From Lama glama (taxonomy: Eukaryota): a stretch of 64,000 nt of DNA. Of the stretch, positions 23,301 to 37,240 are shown piece after piece; the first letter of the stretch is position 1, and every line of letters begins with the position of its first letter. The translations under genes and the position numbers were made by a program. The notes beneath the pieces were generated by a model. It saw only the letters and a program-made list of their open reading frames with translations, was not told the DNA's origin and made no database searches. The stretch covers positions 43,216,001 to 43,280,000 of the forward strand of contig CM052816.1 in NCBI GenBank assembly GCA_028534125.1. Direction: 5' to 3'.

Positions 23301-25769
23301 GGTAAGAACTTAACAGAGGAATAACCCTTTGTTTCATGAGGTGTGGTTAACCCCCCTCTTCTAATATCTGGCTTTGGATTCTTCCTCATCTTATTACACG
23401 ATACCAACACATAAACAAGAGGAATGCCATCGAATTTTAATCATTCTTTTCCTTTTCCCATCAAGATTGTTTCTGTAGTTTCTTTCTACCTAGATAGGTT
23501 TTTTTCCCTCTCTTTTAAAGCAATAAGCAGCAAGACAGCACTATTAAAAAAGAGTCAAAAAGAAACTTTCCCTTTCAACTTTTTATGTTACCAACTTGGT
23601 CTCAGACTATCGTTACTATCATATGTATCACAGATTTTTCAAACTGTAGATTATTTATTACCCATGAAGTAAGCGAGGGCAGGCCCCAGTAGCTAAACAA
23701 AGTTTTAAAGTAGGAATCATCAAGCCACATGAACCTAAGGAAAAGAAAAGAAAATTTTAAATTCAGGTTTTCCTAGGTCACTGGACACATGGACATCTAA
23801 ATACTTAGAGTACAGACTTAAAAATCACAGTTCTCAGGTAAGTTCTACAAGAAGAAATTAGAATATATTCTTCCTTTGAGTCCTCCATCTCAGTGTTTTA
23901 TATGCGTATTACTGGTGGTTTGTAGATGAACCACTTTTTATTTTAGTACTTATTTGTTTATTCTAATATGTATTAGCGAAAAATATGAATAACACATGAA
24001 GCCTCTTTAATGGATATTATTGCTTTGGACTAGGCGAAGAGAAAAAGATGAATTGATGTAAAGAAAATAGGTATTTTAACAGTACTGGTAGTTTGTGAAT
24101 ATGGCAAAATGCATGAAAGTGTTACAGAAATGACTGAAGTTAGGAAAACAATGCTCTAAACATGAAATTCCCTTAATGTTTCTTCTAGACAAGAATTCAG
24201 AAGTTGTTCTTATGCCTTCATTTCTACACGCTGTATATTGGTCATCATTCATTTAGTTTATGCATATGTGTGTGTGCACTTGGCAGTTTCATCTTTTGTT
24301 TCCAGAACAAGCCAGCTTTTCTGGGCTTCAGTCTTGGGCTAAATAATATCTAAGGTTCCTTTCAGGCAAGGTTGTCAGTTCTCAGCAGACAAATTCCTCA
24401 AGTTTGGGAACCAAGTATATATAACTTGATCTAAGCAGTAGTCAGCATAGTGACAACCACAAATCACCATTAATACATGAGTCCCCACTGATTGACCCAT
24501 ATGTTCTAATAATGAATGTAAGAATGTTTTTGTATATCCATGTGCTTGCCCCAACCTAACAAACAAGTTTAATTGTCGCATCAATAATTTTAAAACATTT
24601 TTAAAATAGCAGACTGGTGCTACTTAAAGTTCACACAGACACCAGTCTCTTTTCATGCTAGGATTTCCTGAGCAATGACACCAAGGACAGTATCGGGCAG
24701 TCTTACTTTTTTCTTCTTCCACACTATCTTACGATTAACAATGAGAGTAAGACATCAAAGCTGAACTGACTTCAAAGCCTGCAACACTTATGGTTTCCAG
24801 CTATTACTGTAACCAGCCACTTCGCCCTAACAGCAATTCATCTTACAGAGCTGCCTTGCCGGGTTCCACCCCTCTGCTTCCCACCTTCCCCTTTTCCAAA
24901 CCTATCAAATTAAAAACTATCCTTTAAACAAATCTCAAGTTTAAACCAGTCCAAAGAGTTAGCATTATCTGTTTAATTTCAGGATTTTACCACTAAAAAA
25001 TAAACCATGTTTATTTATGTATTCACTTTCCCCCAAAATAGGCCTTATATTACGTGGCCTTAAGCTATGTTCGTATTAAACATACAGTGTTCTTCATTTT
25101 GTTTATTTCAGAAGTATAATATACACACGTAGGTAAGATTGTGTATACACCTACCGTTTTACTTGGGGGTCACAAAATGCAATATTAAAAGGTGAGTCTG
25201 GCTCTGTAAAGCAGTAAAGTTAAAAGGAATGAAATTTAAAACATGGACTGTCCGTCATAAATGCATGAAATGTAATTTTTAGAGGCACATGCTTTCTCTA
25301 GTTAAGAAAATAGTAATAATAATAATAAACGTTTCATGGATATATAATTTTCCTGCTATATAAAAGTTGATATATTAATATTTGAGTTTCTCCTTTACTT
25401 ATAACTAAGTAGGTACTAAAATATTATGCAGACCAGCTTCTTGATATAGAGGTATCATCAGTTGAAGAGTTTCAATTTTTCTTTAAATGGCCAAGATAAA
25501 AATTTCAAACTATTTTCCTTGAACAATTTGATAAAGTTGATGGCGGGTTTTCAGTACCATGGGAAAGGGGTGGGGGGAGCAGTGCTGGAAATCTAACAGA
25601 GAGCATCCAGATCTTCAAGTTATGGCACCAAAGGACTCACAGAGACCTAATGATTTAGCTGTTCTCAACCCTGAACCAACTATGACATTCTTAGTACTTT
25701 ATGACAAAAGCTTTGATTGTGGATTATGGAAATTAAATAAGCTCAGTATAATGATTATATTGTTTGAGA

Positions 25770-25938
25770 AATGGAATGGGCTGCATTGTAAACTAATGAG
25801 CTTTCCATCTTTTGAAGCATTCAAGGGAAGGCTCAGTGACCACTCTTCAGTAATTTGATAGAAGGAATTCTGACATTTGGGAGAGATTAGACTAAAGAAT
25901 CTTTAATACCTATTTCAATTCTACACTTCTGTGTTTCT
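25770..25938 (+). mobile_element. L3/CR1 LINE 3' end
   Basis: tggaatgggctgc...atgagctttccatcttttgaagcattcaagggaaggctcagtgaccac...ttagactaaag...attctacacttctgtgtttcta matches the CR1/L3 3' terminal pattern. Confidence 0.7.
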
Positions 25939-28900
25939 AAAATTAAAGGATGTGATGAAATAGGGTTGAAGATTAAGTAGTGGTGATAGCATGTGACTGT
26001 TGTCTGCAGTCCAATAGTTAGATGGATTACAAAGAAAGACTCGTAAATGGGTATCTTGAAAGAAGTTGAAAAAGAAAAGGCATGTGGCCTAAAAAGATAA
26101 AGGTAAACAACAAAATGATGCACTTCTCTTCTGGTGTAGAAGATTGGGAGGGAAAGGAACCTACTCTAAAGTGCTCAGAGAACAGAGCATAAGGAAAAGG
26201 CAAGAGGGAGCTTTTTTAAAGACTGGGATTTTTGGAATGCTGGAAATAGAAACCAAAGAAGTTTATGTCTGTATTACTTAAAGGAAGGGAACAAAACAGG
26301 TAGGAAAATAAGAAGTGAACATTTCAGCTTATTGAAGATAGACAGTAGATGGACTTTTTGAAAAATTGCCTTTGACTTGGGAAGGATATTAAAAAGGGGT
26401 TTCTACAATGAAATAATGTGGCCACAGCACATTGTGAGCAAGATAGCCTTTGCACATGTCTTTTAACAGACAGAAAAGAAAGGGAGAATTGAGGAAGAGA
26501 AAGCCCCAGGAGTCATGCAAAGATATGATGCAAAAGTGCCTGGAAGGGTTAACAGTAGAAACAGAAGGACTATGTTGATTGAAAGTGATGGAAATCTTAT
26601 CTGTAGGAAATTTATTAATTAGTGGTTCTCCCAAGTTCTGGTTGAAAAGCATAATAATTGCAGGGGACTCAAAAAATACGATGTGAGTATAGAATGATGA
26701 GAGTTACTAACCAGTATGTGGCTTTGGGCCTGTTACTTCGTTTCCCAGGATCTCTCATTGTTTGAAATATGAGGTAGGTAGATGATTTCCATGATCTTTT
26801 CCAGCTCTGAGATTCTCTCCTGGGGCCTTAATTAAGACTGAATCAAACACACACTCCATAGTCTAAGACTTCATACAGACCCAATGTTTCCGTTTGCAAC
26901 ACCTGGTTTATTCTGACCTATAGGTAATTGATAGCAGGTAGAAAACTCAGGATAATTTTGTGAAGATTCTGATATTTTGAGGTACCTGAAAGTTATGGAG
27001 AAGTCTCCTGTATGGGAAGATAGGAAGAGAAGATACCAGCGATGCTGGAGAAATGAAATCGTGCTAGAAAAGCGATGTTGAACCCCTCCAGTTGAGTTTA
27101 ACAAAATTATCGGATGTCCAAAGAAGACATCCCTGAGAGACCTGGCAGGGGGGCTTATGTCAGAAGCAAATCCTTACAGATTTGATTTATTAGTAATAAA
27201 GTGGTAAGGAAATCTCATTAATAGATGCTTTCTGGTAAAGAGGAAAGAAGTACCACCAAAGAATACTTAGAGGTAAGAAAAAGCTAGAAAATACAAACTC
27301 TATAAAGATGAAAAATATGGAAAAATAATCTGAATTGCCATTTAAACCTAAAATCAGTAACATTGTTAAGGCAGTTTTTCTCAGTAATAAACCATTCTTT
27401 AGAAGTAAAATGGATAGACCCTTTTATGTTGTTGTTAAAATAATTAAGCATTCTCCAAAAAGTGTTAGTTCTCTCATTTCCAGGGGGTAGATTTTATACT
27501 AGGGTCATACAACTAACGAGAGTTTATATATGACTATTTATTATCTTTGCGGGCATTAAAGAGTCTACTTTAATACACAATTAAATTATGGTTTGTATAC
27601 ATTGGTATATTTTTTTCCCAAGCTCTTGTGCTCTGGGTTTCCTGAATAGCCATAAAAAACTTCTTATCACTATGCCGAGCCATATTGTATCCTCTATTTT
27701 GAAATAAGAATATGAATTCTTACAGCAACATTAATATTATTTAGCACTTAAAATTACATTGTTATTTTCAGACTGGAAACTTTATGCCCATCCTCTTTTA
27801 AATGGTTTATTAATCTCTATTATGAAGTTTGTCTTACAAATAACGCACTAATAGAAAGTTAGAAATAAGTGTGATTCTCTGAGTGTGTTCTGTGTAACAG
27901 TTTATACCGTCAGTCCTGATCACTGACATGCTCTCCCCAGCTAAGTACCATTAATCCATTTACTGCTGCTCATTGGAATGAAGAGAAATTACCAGAGTTT
28001 TCCATATGTTTAAGTGAATTCGTCTGTATTTGTGGATTATCTAGCTTTCTTATTTTTCTATATGTATGGCCCTTTTGAAGATTCCTAATGCCAATACCCT
28101 TTTTACCCCCCCCCCCCAAAAAATCAGCAGCAACCACGACAACAACAAAAAGCAACTGTGGCAACAGGTCTGAGTCCTTTGGCTGAAGTCCAGCTTACCG
28201 GTTGTTTTACCGCATTTAGTTCCACATCAGTGACTTGAGAAGGCAGAAGTGGCACCACTCTGTGCTGACCTATTGGTCATGACCACTCCTACCTCATTCT
28301 TAACATTTTCATCCTAATCTACTTCCACACATAATGTACTTCTGCCGCAGTAAAAGAAGATGTAAAAATCTAGAATCAATTAACCAATGCAGTAGCTCAG
28401 GACCCACTGGGCCTTTTTCCCTCCGTGTTACAATTTAAAGCATTTGATGGGTAGAAACCATCTCATCCTATGTTTCACATGTGAAAAGAGACCATCAAAA
28501 AAAGTCTCCAAAACCTAAATTAAATATGTATATCAAAGTACCACCATAAATAGACAGTATATATTTATTTGGTCTAAAGAATATACTTTAGCCTTCATCA
28601 GGAAAAAAAATATGCCTTGTGAATGGCTGATTGTGCTGTGCACATTGAATCAGAATGTCAGAATCTTCTAAATAAATTGTTATTATGGAAAAAGGCAGAA
28701 CTTCAGCTCTGGATTTATGTAATTCACTCCATTGTAGATTTTTTTCATTGAAGAATACATTTCTCTGCCATAAATTGCACTGAGTATGAACAGCAGAGTC
28801 ATTTGAGGTTCATTGAAAATATAGGAGAACATCATGTTTCCTGTCCTTTTGTTAAACTTGGCATATTGATTTTTTTTTGCACAGCTTGCAGCACAGAAAT

Positions 28901-31900
28901 GTGATATACAGCTACAGCAAGACAAGCTAACCACATGTGAATTTGTTAAGTACTGCTGGATTAGCAGAAATTGTCTGACTGTGCAAATAGCAAGATTTGA
29001 CTTTGCCAGGAACTCTTTATGACTTAATCAATTAAAATAACAAGTTTTGATTTTATTGCCCTGAATAAATCATTAGCAAAACTCATTTTCTCCTGATCAC
29101 TCATTTGTAGGATGTTTACATTCATTTTGTTTCTGTATTTCAAGCACAGTAAGAAATATGTAGGATTTGAACCAAAAGGTTAAAGTCAGATATAGTTTTA
29201 ATAGTGATCCATACATTTTTTAAGAACGAGACTCTAGATTTTATTTAAATTTACCATTGCTTTTCTTCTTAAGTATCTAGTGTTCGTGCTTTTGTTCCCT
29301 TTAGGCTTGAAGGTAGCAAGATTTGGATTTGACTAATACTTCTTACTGCATTTGAATATAGGACCTTGTGTAAAGGGAGTCTCTGCAGTAGGGCTGGCTT
29401 GCTCTTCTCCTCACCTTATTAAACCTCCTCCTTAAATGTGTCCATTATACAGTTCACCTTGCTGACTTCAAAGAGTAGAGATGGAGGGAAGATGAGCTGT
29501 AAGTCCACAGAGTGGGCTTCCCATGGCTTCTTAGAAATGCTAATGCATTATCTATCAGGCTTATAAAGTTCTCTGAGTTCTCTTGGAAGCAGATAAACCA
29601 TTATGTGGTTTTCTGCAGAACAAAACTGACAATCTGTCCAAAGCTAGGAAATGTGCGTAATGTCATATACCCGTGATCATGCTGTCACCTGCCTTTTAAG
29701 AAAATACTTTCTTTAAAACATCTCAGTCTCTCTCAGTGGAGACTTCCCTTTAACAAGCAAGATTTTTTTTCTCAAATTTTTTTTTCAAAATTGTCTCTCC
29801 TTGCTCGCATTACTTTTGAACAGGTGGACATCTTATGAGATTGCATGCCAAATTTATTAGAAACAAGTCTTTTAAAATTATCTATTAAAATCAAAAAAGC
29901 ACAAAGCCTTAGTTGTTCCCCTATTAAAAAAAGGGGGGGAGTCAGAGCAACGAAGAAAGTGCCACTGGTTTGTGTTAGGTGACACTGTGCCCTGCTTGTC
30001 TAATTTGATTACACAGAGCCCCTGAAGCCTCAGGCAAAGCTGATTTTAGCTATAATCAGCTTCTTAACCTTTTGAGAACTAACGTAAACACTACCTAGCG
30101 GTGGTTAATTATGTTGCTCTGCTACACACTACAAAGTGCAAAGGTAAAAGTGTAGAACGACGGTAACACATGTTGTGATGAAATTTAACAAGATGACTTA
30201 AGGGGATTGCAGCAGAGTACAGTTCTGTATTTGCGATAAAGTTTAAATTAATAAAGAGGCATAAGGGTGCTTTTTAAAAAAATTTTAGCCGCACTTTTTG
30301 CTTAAGCTTTTATTCATAAGTGCTGAACATTCACGGACTACTTTGTTTCTTGTTGCTGTCCTCACATTTGTACTTTTCTCCAAAATCCTCTTTTGAGTAT
30401 GCATGCATTTTAGAACCTTGTCTGTTCATACTCTTTCATTCTTCCGTTTTCAGAGTAAACAAAAGTGATTGCAGTATCCATACAGGAAGAATAAAATCCT
30501 CTTGCTTCACTTTCCCAGATAGTAAAAATTCATTCGGGGAAGAATGGAGTTTCGTTTTAGTTTGATGGAATATTTTGGTTTTATACGTAGAGGTAAGAAC
30601 CTAACTTTTTGATTTAAAACAGGAGCTCTTGCTACAGGAATCTGATGTGTCATATGGGAAATTAATATGTAAGATGATTTTAGTGTCTGTAGTTGGTGTA
30701 ACTCTGGTGTAGTGATGTGACTAATGGGGTGGAGAACCATAAAGACTGACAAATGTACTTATCAGGGCTATCTCCTCAAAGTCATATTTGCTGGGAAAAT
30801 TCCACTAGGAGAATATTCTCCTGAGGAAGGGTTGCAGGTGACCAGGAGAATATATGGAGGCGTAAGTCATACCCCATAGTGGTAAGCTTCTGCACCAGCA
30901 ATTTTACCTGAAAGTTCATGCTTCGAAAAAATTCTAAAGGGTAGAATCTTAATGCTCCCCAGTGACACATCTTATAAACAGTCATTCTGTGTGGAATTAA
31001 ATGGAGACGGAGGGGAAGGTTCAGACTAAAGATTAACTGTAATTTTTTAAATCGAAGGTCAGTCCCTCATAAATGAAATGAATATCCTACAAGTGTGTAT
31101 TATTGCAGTGTAGTTTATGTTGTAGTTACAGTGAACTTAAAAACTGCATGTAAAGAAGTAGATTCGGACAGGTGGGCATCGTGAGGCCTTTCACGGTTTC
31201 TGAGACTTTGGGGAGTGTTCATGGGGCAGCAGCACGGCCTGCTCCTTTCGTCAAACTTGGCCACGTGGTGAATGAAGGTGACCTCATTAATAAGTAATGT
31301 AAATTCATTCACATAAATGCCACTTGAAAGAAGGGGTTCAGGTAGGTTTTATAACTATATGTAATACTGAAAATGAAGCCAGATAGTAGGTAACTGGACC
31401 TTTTTGGCCCCTTGCAGAAATAGTTTAACTGAATTGTATTCTCTGTCTTGTAATCAGCTTGTTAAAAGAAACAGTTACATAAAATTCCCCATTACAGCTT
31501 TTATAGGTATCTTTTAGATGAAATGCTTTTTATTTTATGTCACATATTATAAAAATATAATACTTACCTGTTCAGCATCCTGGTATGAATGGAAGGGACT
31601 AGTCAAGACTGGAGGCCACAGGCTCCAGCTGCCCTGAGAACTGGAGGATCACTGTCTCTGTGCACCACTGCAACCCAGTCAGGGCCAATGATGGGCCAGG
31701 GGTGGCTAACTTAGAGGCAGTAACCCACTACGTCTTAGGAGGACCACAGGAGAAAAGCTTCCCAAAACTCAGTTCTCCCCCACACAATTATTCTATTATC
31801 ATATGGACAACAAAAATCTTATAGTATTTTATTCCAGCAGTTTCCAGACTTTGTTCCACAAGAGTATGAGCATTACCAGTTGGGAACCACTGACATACCC

Positions 31901-32071
31901 ATTGTATTCCCCTCCTAGCTTTAGCCATTTGGAAGCTTAGAGCCAAATTTGCATCTCACCTGTAGCCACTAAATGGTACTAGTCATATTCATTCATTATT
32001 TATTTGTCCATTTTATGCTTTTGCCTTACTTCTTTAAATCCTTTTGTACTTTCATGTAATTCTATATTGTA

Positions 32072-33871
32072 TTTATTTTTAATAGTATTATTTAAGTAGA
32101 ATTTACATGCTATACAATAAATCCATTGTAAATGTACAATTTAGTATTTTTTAGAAAATGTTTAGTTGTGCAATCACCATAATCCCATTTTGGAATATTT
32201 CCATCATCCCGGAAAGTTTCTTTGTGCCCATTTGCAGTCAGTCTTGCTCCCACCCACAGCCCCAGTCTGCTGTCTCCATAGATTTACCTTTGCTGCAAAC
32301 ATCATATAAATGGAATCATACATTATATGATCTTTTATGTCTGGCTTCTTTTGTTCATAATGTTTGTGAGATTCAGCCATGTTGTATCACTAGTTCATAT
32401 CACTAGTTCATTCCTTTTTTATTGCTAAATAGTACTCCATAGTATGGAGTTTTTGTTTATCTGTTTGCCAGTTGATAGACATTTGAATTATTTTCAGATT
32501 AGAGCTATTATATATAAGGCTGCTATGAACATTCACATTTGAATCCAGACAAATATTTTCATTTGAGTGTAAACTTAGGAGTGGGTCATTTGGTAAGTTT
32601 ATGTTTAGCTTTTTAAGGAACTATAAAACTATTTTTCAAAGTGGCTGCACCATTTCATATTCACACCAGCAAAGTATGAGGGTTCCAGTTTCTCCACATC
32701 CTTACCAACACTTGGTTTGCTCAGTCTTTTTGATTATAGCCATTCCAGTAGGTATTATCTCATTGTGGTTTTGATTTGTATCTCCCTAATAACTACTTGA
32801 TGTTGAGTGTGTTTTCTTGTGTTTGTTAATATATGTATGTCCTTTTTGGTGAAATATCTGTGTTTCTCTTTCCTATTTTTGATCTGATGTTTGTCTTATT
32901 ATTGGGTTGAAGGAGTTCTTTATATATTCTGGATGCAAGTCTCTTATCAGATACGTGATCTGCAAATATTTTATCCCAAGCTTTAGCTTATCTTTTCCTT
33001 TTCTCAGTGATATTTTTTGAAGAGCAGAAGTTTTTATAAGTTCAAAATTTGATAATTTTTCAGTTTATCTTTTTTTTTTTATGGGCTGTGTTTTTGGTGT
33101 CCTTTCTAAAAAATCTTTACCAAACCCAAAGTCACAAAGATTATCTCCTATGCTTTATTGTAGAAGTGTCATAGTTTTAGGTCTTACATTTAGGTGTGAT
33201 TCTTTTTTGGTTGATTTTGTTTATGGTATGTGGTAGGGATCTAAGTTCATTTTTTGGCATGTGGTTATCTCCCAGCTCCATTTGTTGAAAATAACTACCT
33301 TTTCCTCATCGAATTGTCTTGGACCTTTCTCAAATCAACTAATGTGGAGTAAGTGTTTATTAATAGACTTTATATTCTGTTCCATTGATCTATATGTCTG
33401 TTTTCCACACCAGTACCATAGTGTTTTGAACATTTTGGCTTTATAATGAATTTTGAAATTAGGTGATATAAATTTTTCTTTATTCTCTATTTAGATCATT
33501 TGTAATTTCTCTTAGCAATTTTTTTAGTGTTCTTGCACTTCTTTTGTTAAATATATTCTTAAACTTTCATTATTTTTGATGCTATTATGACTGGAATTCT
33601 TTTCTTAATTTCTTTTTCAAATTGCTTATTGCTGGTATAAATAATTAAAATTGATTTTTTGCATATTAATTTTGTATTCTGTGACTATGCTAAAAATTTT
33701 TTATTAGTTCTAGAATAATTTTGGTAGAATCTTTAGGATTTTCTACATATAGGACCATGTCATCAATGAATAAAGATAGTTTACATCTTCCTTTCCAATA
33801 TGCATGCTTTTCATTTCTTTTCTTGCCTTACTGTATTGGCTACTATATTGAATAGGAGTAATGACAGCAAC
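32072..33871 (-). mobile_element. L1MA/MB-like LINE, 3' ~1.8 kb
   Basis: Antisense L1 3'UTR (gttgtgcaatcacc...catataaatggaatcatac...) running into antisense ORF2 (ttttcaaagtggctgcaccatt...tcaccagcaaagtatgagggttccagtttctccacatcc). Confidence 0.9.
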
Positions 33872-33874
33872 TCT

Positions 33875-34652
33875 AGATTCTGATTTTTTTTCCTTCAGAG
33901 TTACTGTTTTTGCTGCAATATTTTTTTAAATTCCGATTTTTGTTTTAGGCTGGCTTCCTAAAGATCACCCCTTTGCCTGCCTAGTTTAAAGGCCTGAGTT
34001 TGCTCAGTCATCCCAAGCCAGTAAGGCTCTGTAGATGAATCTGTGTGTGAGTTGCAGAGTATATTAAAAGTTACGCAGTTTTCAAATCTATGTCAACCGT
34101 TTATGTTCTACTGGGCTTTCCTAGGATTTTTGTGCCAGTGCTCAGCCTCCCAGTGAAGAGGGGTGTGTGGAGATTCATCTAGTCTCTCAGTGGCTCTTTC
34201 ACCTCAAGGATCTCCGTGTTAAATTTCTGACTAGTCCACTGGTCTGCTGCTCACCCCAGGTCAGATCAGAACCTCTGTCTAAGAGGGCCATGGACTTTGT
34301 GGTTAGTTTCCCACCAAGTTTGCTTTATTAGCTGATACCACCACTGGGCATGGTCTTTCTCCTCCTACTTCAGGTTGAGCCATGCTCCTCTAGCAGCAAA
34401 GCTGCAGGTTTTCACAGCCAGTCCCATCCTGGAAACTCTACCGTCCCTGCTGAGCTGCAGGCAACACAGATTGACACTGTTTTTACCTGTAGTTCAGCAG
34501 TTTTTCATGAATAAACGCTTCTCAATTTGTTGTTTGCCTTTGGTTAATTTCTGGAGTGCTGAAATCGTTGTACTTGACAGTTTTGTCGACTTTTATAGTT
34601 GTATTTGGGGAGAAGATTTGCCAATCTCTTAACTTGCCATCTCTGGAAGTCC
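33875..34652 (-). mobile_element. Probable old L1M 5'-region fragment
   Basis: More GC-rich segment ending ...gcctttggttaatttctggagtgctgaa...gccatctctggaagtcc, resembling the antisense 5' end of old L1M families. Confidence 0.5.
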
Positions 34653-35733
34653 TGCCTGGGTTTCTTTTCTGTAAGCCACAAATGCTTTTTGGAACAAGAT
34701 GAAACATTAACTATATAAATACAGAATGAGATAAAATAGAAAAGTAAGGGTAAAGGAAGTATAAAAATAAGAAAATAAATTCCTTATGGTGCAACAATAA
34801 TTTTTAACTCCTATGACAGATTTTCCCAGTGTGCCTGGGAGTGGAAGTTGTCTTGGTCTTTCGATAGGTTTATTCTATCAGAAAATACAAAATTCTCCCC
34901 CCAAAAAACAGGTTTGTATCTGACCAAAAGAAGGAGAACAGGTTGGATCAAAATGCTACCCTGGGATCCTTTTTATTTCATTTTATTTTGTTTTCTCCCA
35001 AAGGTCAGATCCCCAAACTTGTACAACTTCAGACTGTAGGACTACTTTACAAAATGTGCGGTGATAAAACTGCCAGATTGAAGGTTTCTTAAGTGCTACT
35101 GTCCAAAATCACTAGGCATGCTTGAAGCTAGTAATTCTTGTCAGAATATACACTCTCAGTGTGTGACTTTTATCTGCAGGTGGCAGAGCATATGTTTTAG
35201 CACCAAAAAGTGTAAGGTGGCAGTGGGAGGATATTTAATGTGTTGTAACCTATTTTTATTTTTAATGTTTTTTTCCTTATAGCTGCTTAGTTCCGGTCAA
35301 AAGCAGGCTAACAAAAACATTTTCAGATCTTAAGGGCTATATTTAAATTACGAAAAAAAATGTTTCCAAATATAATTATGTCATTTGTTTTTATTTAACA
35401 CATGAATCAGTTATTGGACCAGCGTCTCCCATAAAAGAAAAATACAGGGGTATCTTATGTAACTGAAGTCCAGAGAGGGGGTTTCTCTCTTTAAGTGGAT
35501 TTTCTGGTTAAAGTATAATTAACCCTTTAAACACTACAGTCACCTTTGTTTTTATCCTTATTGTAACAATCCATTTCCCTGCCATAGGAACCAGCTACCT
35601 AGGTATGGCTAGCAATTATTTTTAGCAACCAAATACTACTTAGTATTTTCTAACTAAAGTAGTTCTTTCTACATGATGCAAAGTTATCATTCTGTTTTAT
35701 CTATAAATCATAATTAAGACCTTAGCTAAAGGA

Positions 35734-35965
35734 CAGGAGTTACAAATTCCAACCCCAACTGATGGGTGTCATTCAGGAAAACAAGCCCAGCGTTGTCAGA
35801 TTTTCTAGTTTTCCCAAGGAAGCCAGAAATCTATATATTTATTTGAAGTCTCTCAAGTTTTTTTAAGTGTTGTGACTAACTTAAGTTTTAAAAGCTATTA
35901 TATAGGTCTAATAAAATCACTGCCATTTAGATCAGGCCCACAGATAACCGGGTTACCACCTCTGG
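35734..35965. mobile_element. hAT-like DNA transposon relic
   Basis: gttgtcagattttctagttttcccaaggaagccagaaatct...gaagtctc internal motif and CAG...CTG termini. Family not assignable. Confidence 0.4.
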
Positions 35966-37087
35966 TGGGGAGGCGTAGGCATAGCTTGTTCTGATGACAG
36001 CCTCTGCCAGATTTCCTGTCATATATCTCTTGTTCATAAAAGAATGTTTAACATGCTCCCCAAGTGGTTGTCTTCATTATTTTACTGTAGAATTCTCAGG
36101 TCATGTGTTTTAGTGGAAAATGCACTGAAGTAGAGATCCAACACACCTTGATTTTGAGGTTAGTAATATTTTTTAAGCCCTTCCTTTGTCAATCAGGCCC
36201 TGATCTAAGCCCTTTAGATGTAATAACTCATTTAATTCTAGTTTTGGTTTTGCTTTTTAAAAGTTTTATAATGTTAGTTCAGGCATTTAACTTCTGTAGA
36301 TCTAGTTCCTCTACTTGACAAATTATGGGAGTATATTTATATGTGACTGAACTCAAAAATCTGTAAGAACACTTTGAGCAGGCAGAGTCTTTCATCCAGA
36401 GAATATGAAATTGGATTCAATGACACAAAAATAAGTTGTCAACCAAACTATAGTGTTAACTTATACGAGTTTGTAGCACAATATTGCATGCATATACTCA
36501 ACAGAAGTCAGTGTACAGTCTTCAATGCATTCACATTCCTTCAACAAGTATCATGCTAGGAAGATTGTAGTTAAGTTGAGAAAGAATGTTAGTATCCATA
36601 CCCACTCACCATGGGGTTAAAAAGGTCTGCATCCTATCTTGAAGGAGCTTATGATGTCATTGAAGTAATGCATCATGCAACTAAAATTTAGATTAAAGCA
36701 GAAAATAAATATACACAGCAAGACTTTACTCAGAGGCTAACAGAAAGATGTATGACTCTGTGTGGTGTGTCTGTGGAAAAGGAAAACTTGGAAAAGGAGG
36801 AAAATTTGAATTGGAAGGTACAGAGGACCATTTAAGATGGAAAAATATCTCCAGGTCAGAAATTTGATTATTTATCAAGGAAATAGGAGGCACATTACCT
36901 TCAGAATGCTTACAGAACAATGGAGAAATTTTACAGAAAAATCAAGATAATTATTATACTGTGTTTTCTAACTTTTATGAAGGTGGATGACTAAAAGTAA
37001 AGAATGTATCCCAATACAGCTCTTTTGATTTTGACAGGAAACAAACACTTGCGATGCATTTGCTAAGTAAATTATTTTGTTTGAAGC

Positions 37088-37240
37088 TAGCTCTCAAATG
37101 GTTCAGGAAAAAAAAGTACTTGAAGGCAGCGAAGCACATGCGGCAGAATGTTAACTACTGTTGAATCTAGGAGAAAGTTGTGGATAATCATACTGTTGCA
37201 ACTCTTACAGGTTTCAATATTTTTACAGTAAAAATTAGGG
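37088..37240 (+). mobile_element. Old L1 (L1MC/ME-like) 3' terminal fragment
   Basis: ctctcaaatggttcaggaaaaaa...ggcagaatgttaactactgttgaatctagg...tgcaactctt...caatatttttacagtaaaa. Confidence 0.65.
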
